A DNA stretch of 64,000 nt, from the NCBI RefSeq assembly GCF_030028105.1, contig NC_092370.1:215184005-215248004 (forward strand), given 5' to 3'. The translations under genes were made by a program, and so were the position numbers. Below the pieces are notes generated by a model. It was given only the letters and a program-made list of their open reading frames with translations. It was not told where the DNA came from and ran no database searches. Below are positions 38,301 to 50,420 of the stretch, piece after piece. Origin of the DNA: Mobula birostris (Eukaryota). Within the stretch, counting starts at the first letter, position 1. Each line of letters begins with the position of its first letter.

Positions 38301-38747
38301 GAAGCAATCTGACAACCATTCCTCAGCCTCCTACAACCACCTCTTGGTTGTACTTATCTTTGGAGCCTTGCTCTTTAGCCGCTGCTTGTATATGAGCAGG
38401 AGGACAGCTAAGTGATCAGCTTTCCCAAAAAGATCTCTAGGCATGGAACGGTAGGCTTTCCAAGGCATGTGTGTTGGGTTCCCTGGTGCTACGGGTGATA
38501 TGTTGATGGTAATTGTGCAGTTTTCTTCAAAGAAGTCTGATTTAAGTACCTGACAATTATTTGAAAGGTGTCAAGGTAGGCTGATTCTTGATTGTTAATT
38601 GTGGCATCAATTGTTTTTTTTATTTCTGCTTTTGGCGGTTTGTAAACTGTCAAACGATCACAGGTCAGGATCATAGAGAACTTTTTTTTGAGTGGAACAG
38701 TCGCTTGATAAGTGGAATTCTCAGGATTCTCCTTAACTGGATATCAG
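35386..38747 (+). other. FKBP3: U12-type (minor spliceosome) GT-AG intron of FKBP3
   Basis: 5' splice site GTATCCTTT; branch point TCCTTAAC at 38730-38737, 10 nt from the intron end; no polypyrimidine tract. Confidence 0.92.
35850..38610 (-). mobile_element. Rex1/Babar LINE (endonuclease-RT-3' end) interrupted by a CR1 3' fragment at ~36299-36710
   Basis: [37 protein letters not shown]...RSTADAVSLALH; the Rex sequence gggctttaccc...tgtgatggactggg is split by the CR1 piece. Confidence 0.8.
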
Positions 38748-38802
38748 GATTCCACCAAATGCTAAACTTATTTTTGAAGTTGAGCTCGTGGATATTGAAT
38801 AA
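38748..38802 (+). CDS. FKBP3: FKBP3 exon 7 (stop)
   Basis: cag|G ATT gives (K)IPPNAKLIFEVELVDIE*. Joined CDS is 678 nt, 225 aa. Confidence 0.95.
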
Positions 38803-39029
38803 CCCCAAATACATCTTCAAGATCGTGCTTGAGAATATTACCTCTAAACTGTCCAATGTTGCTCAAAAAGATCTCCGTAGAACAAGATAATTGAATACTA
38901 AAATATGCGTCTTCTGGACAAAATTGTGAATTTGTACAAAGCCTAAGTGAATTTCAAGTATTGTGTATTATTACATACTATGCTGATGGTGGAATGATGC
39001 TTGGAACAAGATAAAAACTGCCAAAACAA

Positions 39030-39035
39030 AATAAA
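39030..39035 (+). terminator. FKBP3 polyadenylation signal
   Basis: AATAAA ~230 nt after the stop, with GT-rich sequence at ~39075. Confidence 0.55.
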
Positions 39036-40655
39036 GCTGTTTTGGAGCCTCCACAGATATTCTAAATTGTGAATTGTGTTGTTTTACTGAAAGATAACAT
39101 TATGTATTGTGTGTTGATATTTATCACCTGTAAGCTTTTCATACTTTTACATATTATGCACTGAGATAGTTTCTCTTAAGGGGAAATACATCATTACAAT
39201 TAAGCAGAATGCTGAAATCTGGCAGTGTCTCTGCACTTGTTCTTTATTTTATGCAACAGATGGAAAATAAGAGCAAGTATGAAAGACAGTCATGAGAAAG
39301 CGGACAGCTATTCACCCATACCAGCTCTACATGATTCATTTTCGTGTCTCAGCTCTAACCTTAGATGCAGAGAAGTAGGAAACTATTGTATCAAATCCCA
39401 TTTCAAATGCAAATGAATGGGTTTGCTTCCAGTACTTTTTCAGGCAATGCATTGCAGAACCTGGGAACTCACTAGGTTAAAAAGTTATTCTAATGTTCCC
39501 CACTTCCCCTCCCAATACATCTTTTTCCCAATCATTCCAAATCTGTGTCATGTTTTGAGACCCAAGTATGCAAATATTTTTCTATGCTGTGTAGCTCCTC
39601 CATTATAATGAATAGGTATCAACTCATCTATTGTTTTTAATTTTAGGACGATGTTCAGTTCTTTCACCTATGCACTTGAATTCAAACACTCCTCAATTCT
39701 ATTAATTTTTGGTAGCTGCTCCTGGACCTTTTGATTCTAAAGTGAAAGGACAAGGGTTGGATGCAGTAGTCTTAACTGGTTGAACCATTGTTTTGTTGAA
39801 TTGTGACATCTGCTCAGGAATATTTGGCATATCTTGTGTAAAGTTAAGTTTTAGCTTTTAGTATAACACCATGGGGCTCTGTGCACAGAACATGTTTTAT
39901 ACATATGCACTTTTTAAAGATTTTGAATAGTTTCTTGGTCTGATCCCATCCAAGGGCTATTGTTTTAAGTTTAAACCTGCCACATTAGTGAATCCACATA
40001 GGCCATGACTAGTCTCTCCTTCCATCGGTAGAATAACCAGTTCTGTAGGACACAATAAAATGGCAGTTTCTGCCTTTGGAGATGCTACTTCTTAGCTTCC
40101 CAAATACTGGCTGCAGGATCTTGCTGTCTGGCTATTGGTGTTAGTAATCCATTTTAATTGTCCTGACAAAGTTCTCTAATGATGTTTATGCCAGTAACAG
40201 ATACCAAGGAGGAAATATTCTATTCCAATCCAAAATCACCCATGGATGAAATGCCCCATTGCTGTTGTTTTCCAAATCCTTCTCCATTCTTCCACATTAT
40301 ACAGAAGCTTCTATTCCAAGGTGTGGAAACTGCACTGTTAAATTAGGACATGCTTGAAAGATAGTGCATGGCTGGTTACCATTGGAAGGGAACTTTATAG
40401 TGGTAATTTTACATGGCATATGTGGATAAATAATAAACAATGAAATTCCATTAGGACTGGTGATTATAACCAGACAACATATTTTAAAGGATCTAAACAG
40501 GATTTAAAGGTGTTTTTGCAATCAGAACAATTGCCATCTGAAACAGTGTGAGGGGACAGTGAACTGATATAGACAGAGCAAATCACATCGTAAGCTTTGA
40601 CATGATGAATATATACAAGTATATAAAACTGGACAAGAATATTATGGGGGTAATC

Positions 40656-40661
40656 TTTATT
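40656..40661 (-). terminator. FAU polyadenylation signal
   Basis: AATAAA on the minus strand ~125 nt after the stop. Confidence 0.55.
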
Positions 40662-40784
40662 AATCCTATTAGCGTATCCTGAGGTAAGTCACTATTTCAT
40701 TGATTTTTCATATCAACTCCAATACATACAATCAGATCTGCAGAAGGCAAAATTAAACTTTTATCAGCATTTTAGATGACAAAT

Positions 40785-40931
<147 letters not shown>

Positions 40932-41271
40932 TTAATTTGTGGAAATTCATGGCAATTATAACAAAATCAGCTTTTACATTTGGTTCTAATGTCAGAATGC
41001 TGGTTTTGAGTTACAGCCTGAGAACCATGCATATACTGTTCCAAGCAAAGACGGTATTTTGCAAGAAAATTAACACGAAGTACAAAGTGAATGCAGAATA
41101 CATTTCCAAACCAAGGATAGGAAGACAACCAAAAAAAGATTTTTTTTAATGATAACCTCATTTTTAAAAAAACTTTCTAATCTCCCACTAATATATCAAA
41201 TCTACACATACACCAACATTACACACAAACCCTAAAGCAGCTTCATCAAGCATTCCTTCAGTTAAACTTAC

Positions 41272-41327
41272 TTTTGGTGTTTGACCCTTCACTTTACCAG
41301 CACGAGCAAGGGACCCATGAACTTTAC
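41272..41327 (-). CDS. FAU: FAU exon 4
   Basis: tag|GT gives (G)[18 protein letters not shown]|gtaagt. Confidence 0.96.
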
Positions 41328-42057
41328 CTAGCAAGAGAGAGAGAAGCCATTAATTTCTAGTAGTAAACAACTTAGAATATTCTAACTAGCTTATTAAATA
41401 GATTTATTCCCAAGGTAACTAGATCCACAACATATGTTAGGTAATGGTAATTTAGTCCTTAGTTAAGCAGGTGGATTGTTAGATGTACAGAACAAGGCCA
41501 CACCCAGAATACTGCACTTGTTTACTCTCCTTTATTAAAAGATATTCTAGCATTGGAGGCAGTTCAAAACCGATACACTGGACCCAATTCCTGGGATGTT
41601 TTCCTACAGGAGCAACTAAAGAAACTAGATTGCTATTCTTCGGATTTGGTATTATGACCTTACTGAAACATAAGGGGCCAGCGACAGGGTGGATGTCAAA
41701 ATTAGTGGGAGACTAAAATGCAAGGACATTGTCACAAAAATAGAAGTGGTCATTTAAAATTGAGATGCATAGGAACTTCTGAAAAGATGGTTGATTTACA
41801 GAATGCGCAACTCTGGAGGACCATGAAAGCCAAATGATCGAAGATATTTAAAGCGGTAGAAAGAGGAAAGCTAACTTTCTGCCCACTAAGTTGAAAGGAT
41901 GTAAATACCCCGTATGCAGCCTCAGTGGTTGAGAAAAGGCAACTAAAAGGAAACCATGGACTGAGACACTCTTAAGGTTTAATCAAAAGTACTATAACAT
42001 TATCACATGCATAGACCGTAGGTACAATAAAGAAATTTGAGTCAACACAATACATAC

Positions 42058-42202
42058 CACCCAATAGTCGAGCAACTACTTCCAGAGTAGTGTGCTCACT
42101 GATACCACATTGTCCAATAACAGCATCATCATCCAAGGGAGAGCCAGCCAACAAGATAACTTGATCAACAGAAGAGACACCTTCCAATGATTCAATATGG
42201 GC
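42058..42202 (-). CDS. FAU: FAU exon 3 (FUBI)
   Basis: cag|[49 protein letters not shown]|gtatgt; the di-Gly processing site is intact. Confidence 0.96.
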
Positions 42203-42423
42203 CTGGAAGAGTTTTTAAGATAAATTCTTGGGCATACCAGCTTGAGTCATTTCAAGAATTAATGTGCAACAATTACTTTCTATTACAGGCCAAAATTTAA
42301 CTTCGTTATCAGTCTAAACATCCAACAAAAGAAAATCTGCACAAAGCAAGACTAATTGTTGCAATCAAGAATTGTGATCAAAATGGCAAAAACAGACTCA
42401 TACCTGTGAGGTTAACAGCTTAC

Positions 42424-42498
42424 CTTAAGTTCCCCAACTGTCTCTTCCCCAGTCACATCAAGTGTGTGGGTGTTTTGAGCTCGTACAAATAGCTGCAT
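42424..42498 (-). CDS. FAU: FAU exon 2 (start codon)
   Basis: cag|aaccaccATG, MQLFVRAQNTHTLDVTGEETVGELK|gtaagc. Joined CDS is 402 nt, 133 aa. Confidence 0.96.
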
Positions 42499-43515
42499 GG
42501 TGGTTCTGTGGGGTTAATGAAAAGTTTTGATCAGAAATAATACCCCATGGCCTGTGCATGTTACCCTTTTATTTCAGATCTCTTATTGCACGCAATGCCA
42601 ATTTCCCATCTTTCAAACTGTCCTGGGTGCACTGGTGTAATAGACAAGACAATAATCCAGAATCGGGACCAAAAAAATTTAGTGGCATAAGTTCAATCAA
42701 GAAAACCATGAATTTAAAATTAATACTATTGCCTTAAAAGGTCTGTGTCTGTGTTGCGGGTGAACCGTGATGGAAATAACCCGAAATATAACCACGTAAA
42801 CGACTGGGTTGAGGGGGAAAAGAAGCATCGTGTTTGTTCATGTTCTTTGGGGAAGAGGTAATCTTTCATCCTTTCCTTTCTACGACTCTTGATGCACCCG
42901 AATTTCGCTCCCAATATCTCTGAATGGCCCAACAAGTCAATCCGTCGCCATGTGAGCCGTAGGTGCAGATCAACGCACACCAAATGCAGAAGGTCAGCCG
43001 GTGGGAAATAAACAGTCGAAACCCCATCAGGACTGGACTGGGTGAGGAAGGGTCTCGACCCGAAACGTCGCCCGTTCATTTCCCTCGACAGAGTTCCGCC
43101 AGCTTTGTGCGTTACTCCAGATTTCCAGCCTTTCTTTTGCCTCGGTATGAGGCGCCGCGGCCGCGTCAGGAATTGCCGCTTCGGGACGACTATCACCACC
43201 ACCCCACCCCCGGCGAAAGACCTCAGTGGCCTCGCCATCCTGCACAACCGGCCTGCTGATGATAGCCCGAGACTGGCCAGCCGCGGCAGGGGTCTCTGGC
43301 CCAGAATCTCTCGATTTCTCCTTGTCCCGGACCGAGGCCTAGGACGGTGGCCCAGGGCGGGCCTTCATACCGCGCCAGAGTAGCGCCCCGGACTCGGCGC
43401 CATTTGCCTCCTTGCACTCGTACAAGCAGAACACAACGCGCGAGGGGAAGATAGCTCAACTGGTAAGAAGTCGCTTCGAGCCCAAGAGCAGCTCGGCGTC
43501 GTCTGTAAAACTCAC

Positions 43516-43572
43516 CGGAACCTCGGGGCACCTCCAACACAGCCACTCGTCACTTCGGCCGAGAGAGAAAGA
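43516..43572 (-). promoter_or_regulatory. FAU: FAU non-coding exon 1 with 5'TOP/TCT start
   Basis: Minus strand CTTTCTCTCTC (43571-43561), then donor CCG|gtgagt at 43515; CpG island ~42940-43750; YY1-like CAAATGGCGCC at 43396-43406. Confidence 0.75.
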
Positions 43573-43639
43573 CCGACCGCGCACGCGCAATTTAACAGCA
43601 CCAGCTCGGCATGTGCACAACCGCGGGGGGGGGGGGGTG

Positions 43640-43745
43640 GACGGAACCGCATTGCGCATGTCCACAACCGGCAGAATCGCAATGCGCATGCCCACAATCG
43701 GAAAACCGACAGGATCGCAATGCGCATGTGCACCGAGGATTGCGA
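43640..43745. promoter_or_regulatory. Three degenerate tandem copies of an NRF1-like motif upstream of FAU
   Basis: CGCA(T/A)TGCGCATG at ~43648, ~43678 and ~43716. Confidence 0.55.
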
Positions 43746-45024
43746 AAGTCTATCAGAACAGTGAATACAGAAAGAAGGGGTAAACACGAGGAATTCTGCA
43801 GATGCTGGAAATTCAAGCAACACACATCAGATTTGAAAGAAGGGGAACATTTATCAGGCAGCATCGTTGAGGAGAAAAAGAGTTAACACTTTTGGTCAAA
43901 GATTTTTTACAGTGGAGTGGGAAATAGAGAAAGTTAGTTTTGAATAGCAGAATGGGTTGAGGAGGAATATACAGTTGGGGAGTGCGGTTTTTTAATTGAT
44001 TCTGTTGTGTTCCTTTGTATTCAATTTTGGATATCCACAAGAAAATGAATCTCAGGGTAGTATATACTGACATATGTGTACTTTGATAATAAATCTACTT
44101 TAAACTTTTGAACTTTGAATACGTGGAACAAATGGAGATACGTGTGTGGGGGGAGGTGCTGGAGAAACTTTCTGGTCGGTATAATCGGGACAGATTGAGA
44201 GGGAGAAGACGAATAGGAATGTTAACAGAGAGAACCACTCAGCCAGTATCGCAGATAAACCGACTAAAAGCATAAATTCATGCTTCTGAGACACAGAAAG
44301 CAAGTTACTGAATTACATTTTAAAAGTAGGTGATCACAATCTACCCCTACAAGGACATGTTAACCTCGTTAGAACAATGCGGTCAGTAGGATGCATAAAT
44401 GTGGTAGGCAATAGGAAGCATGGATTCTGCCCTACGGTTTGAACATAGTGCTCAAGAGCAGAAACGTGTGTAGACCTGAGTGAGGAGAGTTACATAACCG
44501 TATGCACAGATACGAAGAGAGAGAGTGGAACTCAACTCAGGCTGAAATCACAAGTCAGTTTAGCAGAAACTCAGTATAGTTGCTTGATTGATTCAAAGGT
44601 CAAAGTAAATTTATTATCAAAGTATGTATATATTACCATATACTACCTTGCGATTCATTTTGTAGGCATTTACAGAGAATTCTGTTGTATAAAAATCTAC
44701 ATAAAGACTGACAAACACTAATGTGCAAACGCAATCTCTGTAAATAAAAATAATACTGAAAGCATAAGTTAAAAAGATTCCTTGAAGGTGGGTTTTAGAT
44801 CGTAGGATCAGTTCAGAGTGGTGGTGAATGAAATTATTCACGCCAGTTCAGGAGCCTGATGGTTGTAGGGTAATACCTGTTCCTGAACGGAGCGGTGTGA
44901 GACCGAAGGCTTCTGTATCTCCTACTCTGGCTGTATTCATGTGGGTGGTTAAATGACAACTAAACTTGAACTAGACTGAAAAACTGTACACAGATGGACA
45001 CACACCCAACGTGAAAAATATGCA

Positions 45025-46740
45025 GGAATGTGTACTTAGCCCCCTGCTCTACACCCTTTTCACTGTGTGGCTAAGTACAGCTCCAACACCGTGTACAAGT
45101 TTGCTGACGACACCACTGCTGTGGGCTGCATCAAAGGGGGGGTGATGAATCAGCATTCAGGAGGGAGATGGAAAACTTGACTGGGTGGTGTAATGACAAC
45201 CACCTCTCACTCAATGTCAACAAGACCAAGGAACTAATTGTAGACTTCAGGAGAGAGAAACCAGTGGCCCATGAGCCAGTAATCATCAGAGGATCAGAGG
45301 TGGTCAGTAACTTTAAATTTTTGGGGTGTCACTGTCTCAGAGGATCTGTCCTAGACTCATCACATAAATATTGCGAAGAAAGCACAGCAGTGCCTCGACT
45401 TCCTCAGGAGTCTGCAGAGATTTGGCATGTCATCAAAAACTTGGCAAGCATCTATAGATGTGTGGTGGAAAGTGTATTGACTGGTTGCTTACGGCCTGGT
45501 ATGGGAATGCCAATTGAATGCCTTTGAGTAGAAAATCCTACAAAAGGTACTGGATTTGGCCCAGTACATCACGGGTAAAACCCTCCGAACCATTGAGCAC
45601 ATCTACGTGAAACGTTGCCGTAGAAAAGCAGCATCCATCATCAAAGATCCTCACCACCCAGGCCATGCTGTTTTCTCACAGCTGCCATCAGGTAGAAGGT
45701 ACAAGAGCTTCAGGACTCGAACCACCAGGTTTAAGAACAGTTACTCCCCCTCAACCATCAGGTTCTTGAACAAAAGGGGACAACTACACTCATTTAAGGA
45801 CTCATATTAATTCATGCTCATTATTTATTGCTATTTATTTATCTGTATTTGCACAATCTGTTTACAGTTCACAGTTATGCTCTATAGCCGTGCTAAGTAC
45901 AGTATGCCCAGAGAAAAAGAATTTCAGGGTTGTATGTGGTGACATGTATGTATTCTGATAATAAATTTTACTTTGAACTTTGAAATTGTGCAAATACAAG
46001 AAAGCCCAAGGTGATGAAAATAATAATAATGTAATAAATATTGGGGACGTGAGTGGTAGAGTCCTTGAAAGTGAGTCCATAGATTGTGGAATGAGTTCAG
46101 TGATGGGTTGAGTGAAGTTTTGGACTCAGGTTCAAGAGCCTGATGGTTGCAGAGTAATAACTGTTCCTCACCCTTGCTGTGTGGGACCTAAGGCTCGTAT
46201 CTCTTTGCTGATGGCAGCAGTGAGAAGAGAGCATGGCTTGGATGATGGATGCTGCTCTCCTGTGATACTGTGCATTGTAGATGTGTTCAATGGCGGGGAG
46301 GACTGAGCTGTATCCATTACTTTTTGTACAGTCTTCTATTCGAGGGCAGTGGGAGTTCTATACCAGGCCCCAATGCATCCCGTCAGTATACATTCCACTA
46401 TAGCAGTTTATCGAAGCTTTAGATGATATGCGAAATCTTCACAAACTTCTAAGAAACTAAAGGTACTGCTATGACATCTCTGTAATGGTACTTATGTGCT
46501 GGGCCCAAGGTAATGCTGAGGATTGCAAAGTTACTGATTTTCTCCCCCTCTGATCCCCTGTTGAGAACTCATGGACCCCCGGTTTCCTCCTGTAGTTAAT
46601 CATTAGCTTTTTGGTTTTGCTGACCTTGAGTGAGAGGCTGTTGTAGCACCTGCTAGATTTGTTTCCCCCTTATATGCTGAATCATCACCGCCTTTGAATC
46701 AGCCAACAACAGTGGTTTCATCAACAAACTTAATGATGAC
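45025..46740. mobile_element. Tail-to-tail pair of Rex1/Babar fragments (+ 45025-45980; - ~46000-46740)
   Basis: KFADDT, LNVNKTKELIVDFRR, RKAASIIKDPHHPGHAVFSQLPSGRRYKS on +; the reverse-complement homologue follows. Confidence 0.75.
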
Positions 46741-46749
46741 ATTGTGATG

Positions 46750-49000
46750 CAATTCAAGGGTTTTAGAAGGACCTATATACCTCAACCTCTAACTCTAGTG
46801 AGGAAGAAATTGATAGCTTTCTGAGGCCATTAGGGTTACCTAAGTTGACGAAAGAACAACAGCAATACCTTGACTCCATTATAACATTGGAAGAAACTAT
46901 ATCAGTGATTAGGACCTTACCTACTGGGAAAGCTCCTGGCCCAAATAGATTTACAGCGAAATTTTTTAAATGCTATGCGGAGGAGCTAGCTCCGCTACTG
47001 CTGAATCTGTACAATGAGTCTATAGAGCGGGGTAACTTACCCCCCTACTTTATCACAGGCATTAATTACATTGATTCTGAAAGAAGGTAAAGACCCGCGT
47101 GAATGTAAGAATTATAGACCAATCTCCCTAATCCCAATAGATGTGAAAATTTTATCGAAGATCCTTGCAAGTTGTTTAGATACGGTAATAACATGGTTGA
47201 TACATAGTGACCAGGTAGGATTTATCAGGGGCCGCAGCTCATCTGATAACATCAGGCGCCTTGTGAATATTATGCGGGCGGTGGCTGATAATCAGTCACC
47301 TATAGCAGCTATGATCCCTCCCCCTCCTGTCTTCCCTTAACATTTCAGATCTCCCCCTTCCTTTCCCCTCTCAAATCTCTTACTATCTCTTCTTTCAGTT
47401 AGTCCTGATGAAGGGTCTCGGCCCGAAATGTCCACTGTACCTCTTCCTAGAGATGCTGCCTGGCCTGCTGCGTTCACCAGCAACTTTCATGAGTGTTACC
47501 TATAGCAGCTATCTCACTCGATGCTGAAAAAGCTTTTGATCAGGTGGAATGGGGCTATTTGTTTAAGATTCTTCAATTTTTTTCGATTTGGACCCATCTT
47601 TTTAAGATGGATTAGACTGTTATATAATAACCCCAAAGCAGCGGTTCAAACTAGTGGTTACATTTCACCTTACGTCTCTATCAGAAGGTGTACCCGACAG
47701 GGTTCCCCACTTTCCCCAATGTTGTTCTGTTTAGCTTTGGAGCCCCTGGCAGCAGCTATCAGAGAGAATGAGAACTTTATAGGGATATCTGTGGGAGGTC
47801 AGGTTCATAAACTGATGCTTTATGCGGATGGTATTTTATTATTTGTGTCGGACCCTAGTCGGTCAGTGCCATGTCTGTTTAACGTTATAAAGTCTTACTC
47901 TAGATTCTCAAGGTTAATTGGACAAAATCAGAAGCACTACCGTTGACTGCATATTGCCCTGCATCTGTTTTTTTACCCAGGCCAATTTCACCGGCCAAGG
48001 AAGGGTATACGATATTTAGGTATTAATTTTCCCCCTCAACTGAACGATTCAGTAAAGGTAAATTTTGATCCATTATTGCAGAGAATTTCATGTGATGTAG
48101 ACAGATGGTCATCATTGTATTTGTCAATGTCGGGAAAAGTGAATGCCTTGAAGATGAATAGTATTCCAAAGATTAATTCTCTGTTCCAATTGTTACCAGT
48201 TCAAATCCCAATAACATATTTTAAGTAAGTTGATAAAATAGCTAAGGCCTTTATTTGGAATGGTAAACGTCCACGTTTAAACTTTAACAAATTACAATTG
48301 CCAGTTGAAAGGGGGGGCTTAGGTTTGCCAAAGTTAATATACTATTACTATGCCTTTACTCTTAAACATTTAGCACATTGGTCTCTCCCTCCGGAGAGAG
48401 CACCTCCTTGGTATCATATTGAGTGTTCTGCTGTTCCTCCCATCACTCCATTACAATGTTTGTCTATCAAGTTACCTCCTGAGGCAAGGTCTCACCCAAT
48501 TATATCACATATCAATTTGTTCTGGAATGAAATAGCCATATTATTTAAATTTAATCCATATTTGAATGAAGCCTCGAGTATCTGGATGAATCCAAAGTTG
48601 TGTATTGATAAATCCCCTTTCTTCTGGAGGGAATGGCAAGGGAAAGGCATAATTAAATTGGGAGACCTTTATAATGGTGATAGTTTAAAATCTTTTAGTC
48701 AATTAACCCAGCAGTGTATTTCTAGGTCACACTTTTGGAGATATCTTCAACTGCGTCATTTACTACGCACAACTTTTGGTTCTACACAGCAACCCCCACA
48801 AGTTGCTACGACATCTATACACAAAAATGGGGCAATTATTTAGGTTTCCTGGGGGGTGGGGAATAGTGGTGAATGTAGTGGTTGTATTGTAATCTGAATT
48901 GTAATCTTTTCTGTTATTAGAGGTCTAATAGACACACCTTGGTTATTATATTGATATTTATTTCTGCCATGTTTGTTTTTATTTTATGGATAATTTTATG
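46750..49000 (+). mobile_element. L1/Tx1-clade LINE ORF2 (RT and C-terminal part), decayed
   Basis: GKAPGPNRF, NYRPISLI, DQVGFI, SLDAEKAFDQVEW, TRQGSPLSP, LYADG, GGLGLP; several frameshifts. Confidence 0.88.
47313..47497 (+). mobile_element. 185-bp Penelope terminal-repeat fragment with hammerhead-like motif (47401-47437), inserted in the L1
   Basis: 15-bp TSD ACCTATAGCAGCTAT at 47298-47312 and 47498-47512; removing the insert restores PIAAISLDAEKAFD. Confidence 0.85.
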
Positions 49001-49029
49001 TTTTGTAAGCTATGGTTTGACTCAAGGGT

Positions 49030-49695
49030 TTGGGGAAATGACACTGGAGCTGTGCTTACCCTCACAGTCGTAAGTACAAAGCGAGTAGAGCAGGGAGCTA
49101 AGCACAAAGCCTTGTGGTGAACCAGTGCCGATGGGTAATTGTGGAGGAATCGTTGTTGCCAATCTGAACTGACTGGGGTCTGCAAGTAGGAAATCGAGGA
49201 TCCAGTTGCACAAGGAGGTATTGAGGCCAATGTCTTGAGGCTTATTGATTAGTTTTGGGGAAATGAGAGTGTGCATCTTCACTGTCCAGATGTTCCAGAG
49301 TCGAGTGAGGAACCAATGAAATGGCATCTTCTGTTGACCTGCTGTGATTGTAGACCAATTGTAGTGGATCCAAGTTGCTGCTGAGGAAGGAGTTGATATT
49401 TCCCATCACCAACCACTCAAAGCACTTCATAATTGTGTATATGCTGTTAATACCACTGGACAATGGTCACTGGGGCAGTTTGCCACATTCTTCTTGGGCA
49501 CTGGTATAATTGAAGCCTGCTTGATGCAGGTGGGTACCTCAGATTATCAAAACAAGAGGTTAAAGATATCAGTAAACACTCTAGCCAGTTGAGTACCAGA
49601 TGCCTTCCATGGGTGCACACTTCTGAATGATTCTCTCACATCAGGATCAGAGACTTGAATCACAAGGCCACTGGGGTTTGTGGGAGTTTGTGAAG
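49030..49695 (-). mobile_element. Rex1/Babar RT fragment
   Basis: MKCFEWLV...NLDPLQ...RSTEDAI; LCNWILDFL; GSPQGFVLSSLLYSL. Confidence 0.75.
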
Positions 49696-49714
49696 GTGGA
49701 GAACTGAGGGGGGG

Positions 49715-50420
49715 GGTGGAATTACTGAAAGTTGAAGAAATTGATGCTCATGCCATCAGGCTGGAGGCTACCCAGATGGAATTTGAGGTGTTGCTCCTCC
49801 AACCTGAGAGTGGCCTCATTGTGGCAGAAGAGGTGGCCACGGACTGACATATCAGAATGGAAATAAAGTTTAGAATTAAAATGGTTGGCCACCGGGAAAT
49901 CCTGTTTTTTGTGGATAGAGCAATCCCCAGTCTACATTGTGTCTCACCAATGGAGGCCGCATTGGGAGCAATAGATATAGTAGATCACTTACCTGGAAGG
50001 ACTGTTCAGGACCCTGAATGGAATTGAGGGAGGAGATGAATGATTAAGTTTAGCACTTTTTGCACTTGCAGGGCTCAGTGCCTGTAAAATTAGTGGGAAG
50101 GGACAAATGGATGAACAATTCTCAGGCAGAACGATCCATGTGGAAAGTGGAGAATGGGGTGGGGGGGAAGACAGAGAAAGAGTTAAGGATGTATTTGGTA
50201 GCAATGCCCCACTGAAATTAACAGAAGTTGTGGAGAATGTGTTGGATGATAGGTAAGGACAAGAGGATTTGAAGGACATTGACATCTCTGATGTACTGGA
50301 AAGGAAATGTTCATGTAGGAAACAGATGCAGTAGCAATAAAGGAACTGAGAAAAGGGAATCTTTCCCCCCAGAAGACAGGCTGGGAAGAGGTATAGTCAA
50401 GGCTAGATTGTTTAGAATGA
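49715..50420 (-). mobile_element. Older Penelope-like GIY-YIG region fragment
   Basis: Minus strand ...LRLEEQHLKFHLGSLQPDGMSINFFNFQ*. Confidence 0.7.

Noticed and set aside
40520-40610. Faint resemblance to SNORD127 (hosted by human PRPF39)
   Set aside because: No proper C and D boxes in register, not intronic, and the similarity rests on two short remembered words.
43160-43245. Possible C/D snoRNA in FAU intron 1 (CTGA boxes, short rRNA-like complement)
   Set aside because: No canonical C box, only an ~8-nt complement, and far from the 3' splice site.
42726-43886. Many overlapping 70-173 aa ORFs on both strands
   Set aside because: They fall in the FAU CpG island, intron 1 and Penelope-type repeat fragments; typical GC-rich spurious ORFs.
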